From NCBI GenBank assembly GCA_053919585.1, contig CM132790.1: 64,000 nt of DNA. One strand, 5' to 3'. This document shows, piece by piece, positions 51,067-61,625 of the stretch. Origin of the DNA: Euprymna scolopes (Eukaryota). How positions within the stretch are numbered: the stretch's first letter is position 1; the number at the start of each line of letters is the position of its first letter. Both the position numbers and the translations under genes were made by a program. Under the pieces are notes generated by a model. The model was not told where the DNA came from. It ran no database searches and saw only the letters and a program-made list of their open reading frames with translations.

Positions 51067-51419
51067 TGTGGAAAAAAAACTATTTAGAGGGTAAAGTAGA
51101 TTACCCGGTGATAGCGTAAGCTCCGAGGCGTTGCAAAGGATGCCCTATGCGACCCCCTACTGGGTCGAGTAACAAGTTTTGTAGTACGGCGAGCAGCGAG
51201 TAACTAATTTGTGCCAACCGTTCACCAGTAAGTCATAAACAGAACTGGTACTAGTCAGAGACACAATTCTTTTATAACAGAAGAATAGTGCCTCCCCCTA
51301 CTCCTCCAAGTCTATAAGAGACTCGTTCTCTCAACCACTCAGATTAGAATTCCGCCCTCGAGGCCGGCGCCACCAAGTAAGCAATCTTCTTTTTTTATTT
51401 TTATTTTTATTTTCTCACA
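51067..51419 (-). repeat. 5' LTR (353 bp)
   Basis: Direct repeat of 45241-45599, differing by 3 substitutions, a 1-nt indel and a ~5-nt indel. Confidence 0.96.
51243..51276 (-). promoter_or_regulatory. Putative LTR core promoter (TATA + Inr)
   Basis: Sense TATAAAAG starts at 51276, and the A of an Inr-like CAGTT lies at 51246, exactly 30 nt downstream. Confidence 0.55.
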
Positions 51420-52012
51420 TATTACATATACTTAGTTATTTTAATTCTGTTTCGAAAAATAGCGAACAACTAAATTTGCACCAACATGCCAAATTTCGCA
51501 CACAAATACAACATGAATAAAATGTTCGTTTATACATTTTCCCATTGAATTGTTTAAATACAATTTAAAAATACAATTTAAATGAAACAACTTATAAATA
51601 AAATTGCTGGTATCATACACTCGACAAGGTAAAACATTTTCAAATAGACTTTTTTACAAAATTCACTTGTACATTTCTAGACAATCTTCAACGATTAAAC
51701 CAAGATCGCTACGTCCGTGAAAAGCAATATGAATTTCTACCGAATCTCTTTGCTTTTTTAACAACATACAATTTTATTCAGAAGATTACAGGCAAATTTG
51801 CAGATTCGCATTTTTGGTTCCTTTTATACTTGAAAGAGGACGCCTGTGCTAGATAGTTTGCCTGCTGAATTCTACTCATATATGAACATAATTACATCTG
51901 CATGTAATTGTAAAATTAAATTAATCCTGCAAGTCTCTATGAAAATGAAAAAGTAAATAATAAAAGTTCAATTATCGAGATCGATGCAGATTATATCTCT
52001 TTAATTCATAGC

Positions 52013-52013
<1 letters not shown>

Positions 52014-52069
<56 letters not shown>

Positions 52070-52082
52070 TGTGTGTGTGTGT
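52014..52082. repeat. (TA)n/(TG)n microsatellite
   Basis: Direct reading; another TA tract lies at 52638-52690. Confidence 0.9.
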
Positions 52083-52634
52083 GCATTTGTGTGTATTTGT
52101 GTGTATCACTGATAATATCTATAATGGATTAATAAGTAATAATTACATTTGAAATACTTACTCTACGGACTATATGACTAACATTGAAGATAAAAATATA
52201 AATCTTGCGACTAAATGCGTATATAAAGCTTACTAAAATGTTTCATTGTAAAGGATCAACGCGTAAACTAATTAAATGATAATTATGGTTATTTTAAATT
52301 CATATTCTAGGAAATATGTTGAGTAACATAACAATATTTGTAGTACGTTTTACAATTTAATTTAGCCTGTTCGCCAAAAGAAAACACTCAACAACATTCT
52401 TAAATTATTTTAAATAAGATGGGTTACACGTTGTAAATATTTATTTTGTACGGCAGCATATTCACACAAAAAAGTTTTACGTACGTGCATTCAGTTTCTT
52501 TTAAAGAATTTGCATGGCTTATAGGTATATTTCCATAGTAAATATATTGCTTCTCTGCTAAACTATTTGATGTTCCCAGCGAAAAAAATTATATGTATTA
52601 TATATTGGATATATTAATAAATATTTTATATGCA

Positions 52635-52679
<45 letters not shown>

Positions 52680-54699
52680 CATATATATATGCTTTATATA
52701 TAAAAGAAAGTACATTGTTTCTATAAAGATTGTAACATCATAACATATACCAGGCTGATTAACAGTCTAATACTTCTCAATAAACAATCCAGAATAGCTT
52801 AAATAGTCTTAAGTATTTTCATTTTGCACATTTTATGAGATTAATTCCTAAATTCTTACCCCCGATATATAATACAATGAAAATGTATTTAACATTTTCA
52901 TTGTGATTTCTTTCTTTTTCGCGTTATTCTTATATGTTAGATATACTTTAATACAGGGAACCATTTTTTGGCATCAAACTTGGTGGTATTATTTTCCATA
53001 CCATCTACTAAATTATATACAAGCTTCCAAATAGAAACACAATCACTTGTCGACGCAAACGATCAGAATAGTGCAACTTAATTGGTAGAATCTACTGAAT
53101 ATACGTTTCATTTTATTATTTTTTTTAATTTACACCCCTATTATTGCTTGCACTTTGTTTGTTATGGTAAATTATTTATTATCTTTCATCAATTACTGAT
53201 TCTTTTTGGATTTTTAATATTTTTTTTTAAATCAAAGTAGTTTATTTCTATTCATATCCTGGCAAAATCAACTAGCACATCATCCACCGTTATACATAAG
53301 AGGGTCTTGATAAACGGCCAGGCTAATCTAGCTTTTCAAAGAAGGTAAAACTGACTATCATCCATTGTTAGACACATTCTATTCGTCATACTCGGCCAGG
53401 AATCACGAGTGATTCACAAAACGACGAAAAGCAATTAGCCCTATATGAACAACCAGGCACTAAAACGTAAAAAAGAGCCAAACATAGATAGCTTGTCATA
53501 ATTTTTCTTGAAATTATCGTAAATGTTTATCATATTTCTGTTAATTTCACAACAACTTAAAAAAGAATATTAGATTTTTAATTCACTGTTAACACTCCTC
53601 TAAACATTAAGAAACAAATTCTCCAACATTTCGACAATTGAAATGTAATTAGCACCTCTTTAAAGTAACACTCATGAATACAATTTTATAATTGTATAAT
53701 GAATTTGTAAGAAAAACATGCCACCAACTCAGTCGTTTCGCTTTTTCATTGTTAAAAACTATATGTGGTCTCATCAAGTCGTATCAAGTGTACTTTCCCG
53801 CCGGAATAGCTTGTAAAAATATGATATCAAGATAAACTATATACAGACCGCATTCTTATTTCTGCGGCTCCAAAAGGATAATGTTTTACTAGACGTTGTG
53901 TCTCACAACCACTCCTTAGTGTGATTTTTTTTATATTAATAATAAATCAATCAAGGTAGAACCATCATTATTTCCTCTTCCAAACGTGTTTATTGCGACG
54001 CGAATACTCTGTATATTGCAATATATAATTTTGGTAAGTAAAAAAAAAACTTCTCTATTTAATACTGTATAACTAGTTCGTCCACAATATTTACTAGTTA
54101 AACATCTAAAATGTTAATATTTCTAAATAAAATTATACTTACAATATCAAATAATCCATTTGTCTTATATGTTTTTTCTTGCAAATCAATTACGTCAGAT
54201 ATATTCGTAAACACTCAACACAAACAATAATTCCATTTTTGTATTTTATTCCGATCTTGAAACAAACGTTAATTAGAATTATATATGAATAAATACTTTA
54301 TGTTAATAATTTTATTATTTCAATTAAGATCTATGCATCCTGTTAAATAAGATTGCATTTAATTAAATCTTAAACGAATACGACAGACGTACCAAAGGTA
54401 AAACATTCAAAATGTGTTTCTCTATATAAACCTACTGTATCGCCTATTTAGATGTCATTATTATTTATTATAAAGGGATTGCTATGAAACAAAGAGAATT
54501 AAACTTGGTACACTTGAAGTGCATATTTATTTCACTTGTTTTAGTTGAATTTAATCGAGCATCTAAAAATAATCTGCTAATTTTTCTATTTTCTAGTAAG
54601 GTTATGTGTGCATCACTCTATTGCAAAATACCCAGTAACAATATTAACCAAAAAGAAGAAAGGGTTTCACATTATTGTGTTTATGAACATACTTATCTA

Positions 54700-55700
54700 T
54701 CAACATAATTGCCATGCTTTAAAATGACATTGAATAGTCCATTTTCAGCTGATGACGTAAATCGGCAGATTAGAGGTGATGTGATGCTATAGAAAACTTC
54801 CAAATTATTTCTTCAATGTTCATCCTTCGACGAAAATTGAAAACCTCCTTCATGAACGTTCATCTTTATTATTGACCAGAGCTGCTCAATTGGGTTTTTT
54901 ATCTAGAACACTAGGTAGCCATTTCGAAAAAAATATCTGCTAATACGTAATGGCTTACGGTAAGATGTCGTCGCCTTAACTTAGAGGGTGTAGGCATTAT
55001 CGTGCATAAATGTAAGTGTGTGGTGACGCGCAATTTGAAGCGCATCAAACCATGGTGACACTCATGTAAAAATCAAATATAAGGATGGCTTGTATATTTG
55101 ACACCATCTGGCACTTGGAATGGTCCAATTAGTTCATAGCATATCATTACAGGCCATAACATGACACATTAACCTTCTTATTGACGACGGAATCGATGAG
55201 GGTAGAGAATCCCAAAGGGCTCCAAATTTTGGCTCATCCATCTGATCCATCAAAGGTTGCTCTGGCCTCATCTTTGAAAATAACCTTTTGAAAATTGGTT
55301 TTCATGTTTTTCCAACCCAAGCCAAACAATTTCCCTTTTGAGTTTGGTTTTAAACAGGTACTGCTATATGCTTAATGCTTCCTCCAATTTCGTTTAAGAT
55401 ATCATAGCGTTTCCTTCTGGTCAGGGAAGGTATTCCAGCCTTGTCACCCTTGGCTGCTCGATAAAATTACGGCGAATTTTTCTAACATCACAAGCTAAAA
55501 CTGACTTTCATGTATGTTTTTTATTTCGTTGGTTTGATGTTTGGATTTTCAACGAATGTCGATAGTGTTATTCGATCTCTTCCAAGCTCCTTTGCTATAT
55601 TTACGAGATATATACCTGATGAAAGACCTACAACAAATGGTTCTTTTTCACTAGCTGTCAGTCGACCATTTTTGCACCGTTTTGGGATACATGCAATAAA
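54700..55700 (-). mobile_element. Decayed Tc1-type transposase
   Basis: HTH-like IAKELGRDRITLSTFV (ORF 55521-55841), then minus-strand remnants FQKVIFKDEARATFDG, FMHDNA and NPIEQLW (DDE triad). TIRs not identified. Confidence 0.8.
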
Positions 55701-58647
55701 GTGATACCTATTTAAAATTACCACCAAATGAAAAATTTTAATAACATTCAAAATCGTTTGACAAATTCCACAAAACTCAGTGTAATAAGACACGTAGTGA
55801 TGCTCCTTCAGCGTCTCAAATTTCACTTCCCTGAGTATCATAGCAATATTAAATAAAAATATTGATACACGCTAAATATACTTCATTATGCACATTTATG
55901 AACATGATAGACGTATTTTTGGTTCCCTTTCATTTATAGATAAAAGGTAATAACACATAGTTAAAATATACAAACTGTTTTAAGATGTGTATAAGTTAAC
56001 ATAATATACAAACAGGCACAGGCACTATGTTAAATGTGAAGTATCTTCTGTGAGTAAGAAATATCTACGTTCTTTCAACAACATTTTTAAAGTTTTCATT
56101 GTATGAAAGTAGCAATTCTATTGTTGCAATTATGTAATTCAACTAATCCAACATATCCATTGAAATAATATAACTTTCACTTATTTTTTTCTGTCTAATA
56201 GTTATTGGCAAAGTTTTGTCTTTTTATAATAATAAGGCGTGTGGTCTCTTCTTTGTTGCTCTTACTTATCCCTTATTTAATGGGACTTCATCTATGTTTA
56301 ACATAGAATCTTCCTTGGTCATTTACTACATAAATTTAAATGTACTTCATAACTTTAAGACCCATCTTGTACGCATAAACCAAATGCAATTCTATATTCT
56401 TCACAATCTCAGTAGTGGAATATATACCAGGATTTGCTCCACGTGCAAATGGGTCTGCAGGACTGTATGAAACCATATCTAATTACTAGGTATTCTTATA
56501 TACGAAATAGCATATTAGTTATCTTAAAATGTAGTGATTGGTTGGATACAGTTAAATATTTTGTTAAATATTCCTGATATAAAACTTCATCTGATTTGTC
56601 TAGCCCATATTTAAAATAATGAAAAAATGTACATACTAATTTACTATACTCTAATAAGAAATATTGATGCCCTGTCCATCTAAAGGGTACATAACATATG
56701 AGTTTATTTGATCCATACTCTTACGTATTATTCAACGAATAATTATACATTTAATCAGTTGAATTACAGAGCATGCGTGCAGCTTTAGAAGATCATTACA
56801 TATGAAGTCACAAATTTACACATATTACACAATACAAATATTCTATTTCTATTAATTGTTTAATTTGAAACACTTCTTCAGTTTACCATTTAATTAGTGT
56901 ATCGTTGAATGTATTAAACCGTACTTTAATAGAGTACGCCTATCTATACATATAATAAACAAGAATGTATTTATTTGTCACACGTAAAACACATACTATA
57001 TTGTATATTAAAATAACAAAACTATTATTTACGAATATATTATTTCTTTTCCTATATATAATTGCTAACCTGCTTGCCGAACGTTTTGCCTAAACCTTTA
57101 CTTTGACCCCAGCAGATCACTTTCTTACAGATTTTTCTTTGTGGGTGATCTGAAAACTACTGAATTCACTAGGTTTCCTCGATTATTTCTAATCTACAAT
57201 GGATGCCTTCTTGTATCTCGCTTTCCTGGGTGCTGAAATACTGTTTCTGTCATACAGAAAGCTTTGCTAAAACATTAATTCATCGCTCTGTTTGCCTCTT
57301 TCTTTAGATGACAACATTTAGTGTATGCTTAATTCACAAAGAACTAGTTCTGCCCAACAGATTGGATTTAGGGATATATCATCTACTGCAGATATCGTAA
57401 CAGTAATGTCTTAATTTATATGCAATGCAGTAGACAAAGCAAAGGACAGTACCCATAAATATTTTTTCACGGGGTATATCCCGATGGTCTTCTCATAGAA
57501 ATTAAAGCAAATACTATTACTACATAGAAATAGAACTGCGCGTGATTTTTATATTATTTTTGTTGATTTCCTCTAATAAAATACTTTTGCTAAATCACTG
57601 TATGCTTGCAGAATTTGATACGATATATACGGTTTCATCTTGAATATTTAACAAAGCTTTAGCTGTAATTGAATATAAATCCCTCGTAATAACAACTAAC
57701 TAATCACCATTATTTCAATTATTTCTAAAACACCAGCCTGTAAAATTCAATATATGTCTGCTGAAAAACATATGTATTAAACAGGAGTATACGTATTGTG
57801 TTTGTTACATTATTTGCAGTTGGAAATCGGATATATTAATATTTTTTTTGTAATTTATTGATATATACTAAGCCTAACTTTACATTATGTCGACGACTGA
57901 GAGCCGATGTATACATACTATAGTTTTAACGATGCATAACACATTTAATTGTTTGTTTAATGACAGATTGTAACTATGTGAGACAGTATTGATATCACTG
58001 ATATATATATAATGGTGCTATTGATGAGAAGAATGTTTTTAAATTAAGGTAATGATATCATAATATACATCGACATGATAACATTGATAATATGCAATTC
58101 GTGATATTGATCTATTGACGACGACAGTTATGATTATTTGGATTTTAAACTGATCTAATTCATATTAATAACTTTCGCAGTAATGATAATGTTATTTTGA
58201 TGCTTCTGCGCCCGCTTAAAATAATCGTGAATATATATGTATTTTATATTGACTGCTATATATTCATTAACCAATTCGTTGAAAAGCGAATTATATTGAG
58301 TAGTTTTTCATGAAAATGATTGAAGCAAAAACATATGCTTCCAATAAAAATAATGATACATTAAATTAAAATATACATAAACTTCATATTTAGAAAACGA
58401 ATAGTAATTACGAAGTTAAATATAATAACTGTTTTCCGATTACTAGTGTTCCAGTTTACTTTGATTTAATATTAATTAGATAACGAAAAACATCATTTAA
58501 TATACAATATTTTAATTGTAGTACAATACACTCATTAGTAGTAAATGTTGGGTAGTCAATATTGTTGAGAACTCATTATCCCAGTTGTTTAATATGAGTG
58601 TATTTCAAATATGCTGTTATTGAGCTGGGTATTCATGTTTTAGGTTA

Positions 58648-58648
<1 letters not shown>

Positions 58649-58721
<73 letters not shown>
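58649..58721. repeat. (TA)n microsatellite
   Basis: Direct reading. Confidence 0.95.
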
Positions 58722-58723
<2 letters not shown>

Positions 58724-60161
58724 TGACGATTCTATCGGCAAAATATTTCATAACGGATACCTTGTTACTAATCACTAATGCTTAATGGTGCATTTTAAAA
58801 TATAGCTCGTGCAAAAATATGTCTAGGGAATTATTCCTCAAAGTTGATTAAACTAGACGAACGAATGACATTGGTATTATCAAAAAAATAGTATTACGTT
58901 TGAGAGGGCAATTTATATCGCAGGACACGTGGTTTGCTCTTGAAGGCTGACATCTTCCATAGTTACTCACACACAAAATTATTTGAACTTTCTTGTCTGT
59001 TTACAAAAGTATTATCAACTTTTCGCTCTCGACTCTCTGTACGCTTCCTATACCGAAGAGCTTTTTTTTTTTGAAATATCAGCGCCCTGTAAAAATATCG
59101 AGCTTGTATGAAATCATTTAAATATACTCGAACCTGGCCGTCAGTTTTAAACAATTATAATAATTAAAGTAATTGTTTTTGTTGTTGTTATATTTGACAG
59201 TACTGTTTTGTCTAATAATATATGTTGCATATTTTCCAAGTAATCACATAAAATTATAATTATCTATACACACAACAATTATAATATTATTGCAATTTTC
59301 CAGTATTTTATATGCTTTGATAATGACTTTGGTATTTTTTTTAATTTCTTTCCTTATGTTTGAAAATTGGCGAATATTTCTAATTTTATGACCCTATCTA
59401 TTAATTACAAACAAAATTTAACTTCACATAAACACACGTAAATATTATAATTTTAAATGGTTAGATGTAAATTAATTATATAGTCTTAGGATACTTAAAT
59501 CTTATTATATATTATGCTATTTAAAAAAAAAATTATTTTAGTAAAATCCATTTACTATAGCAAATAGTATTTTATCTTAAATCATTTTCTAATATATATT
59601 TAATTAGTAATTTACTTAGTTAATTAGCTAGCAACGTGGTTACGCTTAAACTGAAATTTCCAATACTAAATATATAACAATTTACAAAATAAATGCATTG
59701 ATCAAGTCTTATTCTATTCGTCCGAAAGAAATCATTTCAGAAAAGTAGTAGTTGCCGTCGTTTAGTTTATTTTTAATTGTTATAATTGAGATACTGAGAT
59801 TATACAAGATACATTTTGAAAATTGGCAGAGTTTATAAATTTGAAACTTAGCTTAAAATACTGCACTATTTAAATTAAGATCGCCTTACCTTCCGCACAT
59901 AATATGAATATTTTACTATTCCACTGACATGCTAATAAACACAGTCAGTTAATGTGTTGCTTATATGATAGTCTGATTATTTTTTATCTGGATATACATT
60001 GACATAACTGGTAAAAACTGTGATTAAATACCTTTGTAGAAACATATGACGATCAACATAGTATAGTGCCTGTGATCTATCTATGAACACACAGATTCAA
60101 ACACACGCACATACACGTCGACATATATATATATTTATATAAATAAATATATATATATATG

Positions 60162-60262
60162 GATGTGTTTTCTTTGTTTTTTTTTAGCGATACTTTCTTG
60201 AATGAATGCAAGTATTTATACGAAAATGCAGTTTTACCTAAATGCTTGTTGGGAATAATTTT
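60162..60262. repeat. ~100-bp direct repeat, copy 1 (copy 2 at 61634-61732)
   Basis: Shared tagcgatactttcttgaatgaat.caagt.tttatacgaaa.tgca.ttttacctaaatgcttgttgggaataatttt. Confidence 0.9.
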
Positions 60263-60338
60263 CCCATTGACCAATCTGGTACCCCCTTTTAATGGGGAGC
60301 GACATATATATTATTTATTATTTTTTAAATATAATTAT

Positions 60339-60379
60339 CCACTGACACGTATTTCGTCGTCCAAGACTCCTCAGAGTGG
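60339..60379 (-). ncRNA. Minimal type I hammerhead ribozyme
   Basis: Sense CCACT-CTGAGGA-GTC(ttggac)GAC-GAAA-TACGTG-TC-AGTGG: 5-bp stem I, complete CUGANGA/GAAA core, 3-bp stem II, near-palindromic stem III and a GUC cleavage triplet. Confidence 0.8.
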
Positions 60380-60381
60380 CT

Positions 60382-60452
60382 GAATCTAGCGAGATTCGAA
60401 CGCGGCACCTCGTGATAAGAAGCCTAAACCTCTACCATGGTGCTAATCTCGC
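60382..60452 (-). mobile_element. tRNA-like (Pol III) SINE head
   Basis: Sense A box TAGCACCATGG and B box GTTCGAATC at tRNA-like spacing; no canonical cloverleaf. Confidence 0.65.
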
Positions 60453-60463
60453 CGGACTACTAA

Positions 60464-61625
60464 TTTTTTTTTTTTTTTTACAAAGTCATCACCACATTAT
60501 CAAGGCCCAGAGGCCACTCAAGGATAAGGGTTAAAGAGTGTACAGTAGAAATTGGTCAATATAGTAATCATTAGTAATGAAAATTTGGTAAATTTTATAA
60601 CTTATATGGAACGGTTCATCAAGAATTTATTTACTTTAGACTTGAACACAACCATATTGTAGTCAGCCGGAAAGCAGGAAAACGGAAGACAATTCCACAG
60701 GCGTGCAGTTCTAAGAAAGAAACCTTGTTCATGGAATCTACGTTTAGGTTTAGGCACAGATAAAGAGTGGGGGAAATTATTGATAGTGTTTACAGCTAGA
60801 CGAGTGTTTCTTGTGAAAGTTTGGCGAGGGGGGAACATAGATTGAAGCTCAGTTGAACACTTTCCATGAAAATAACGATACATCAGAGACAAACTCGCAA
60901 CATCTCTTCTGTGAGATAGAGGTTGCAAGGAGGAGAAAAGGACATCTCCTACGAGGCTACGAAGTCTATTTTGAACTCTATCAAGGCAGGACAAGTCCTT
61001 TCTAGCAGCTCCTGCCCAGATGTGGCAACAGTATTCCATCCTTGGACGTACCTGGCTCTTATATAGGTAGAGAATAGCATCAGCAGTGAGATATCTACTG
61101 GATCGATAGAAAGATCCCACCATTTTTCCAGCGGCCTTGGCAACATATTTGATATACGTGTTCCATTTAAGATCAGGAGTAATGGTCAAGCCCAGAAGCT
61201 TGTCAAAACTTGAGGCCTCCTGAAGACGAGAGCCATTCATTTCAATTGATGACAAATGTGGATTAGAATGTTGATGATGTAAAGAGAGAAGCTTGGTTTT
61301 AGATGCATTAAAAGTAACCAGCCACTTCTTTCCCCATTGTACTACGTGCTCAAGATCAGAGGAGAGAGAATTGGAGAGAACTTGGTCGTTTACTGTCTTA
61401 GATGTGGTACCATAAATGGTAGTGTCGTCAGCATAAATGTCTACAAATGATGTAAGGATATGATTTGGAAGATCATTAATGTAGATCAGGAAAAGAGTTG
61501 GGCCCAGGATGGATCCCTGAGGGACACCGGCATTAATACTGTGAGCTTCTTATTTTTACCCCTCAACTACTACACTTATGACCCTATCAGAAAGAAATGA
61601 TTTAATAATTGAGAAATGTATCACT
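60464..61625 (-). mobile_element. CR1-group LINE, 5'-truncated, relatively young
   Basis: SFLSDRVISVVVEG, then two stops, then an open frame 61549-60602 with INAGVPQGSILGPTLFLIYINDL, YADD, WLVTFNASKTK, YKSQVRPRMEYCCHIW and LWN.LP. A 16-nt poly(A) lies at 60464-60479. Confidence 0.95.

Larger units (their letters stand above)
45241..51419 (-). mobile_element. Full-length BEL/Pao LTR retrotransposon (6179 bp)
   Basis: Two near-identical LTRs with TGTG...CACA ends, TATT flanking both sides, and a single gag-PR-RT-RH-IN frame with Pao-type motifs. Confidence 0.97.

Noticed and set aside
55617-55655. CTGATGA followed by a hairpin, a possible hammerhead
   Set aside because: There is no GAAA or stem I/III; it lies antisense within the Tc1 coding remnant.
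56330-57500. Slightly GC-richer minus-strand segments with possible splice sites
   Set aside because: No continuous frame or recognisable protein, so a host exon cannot be supported.
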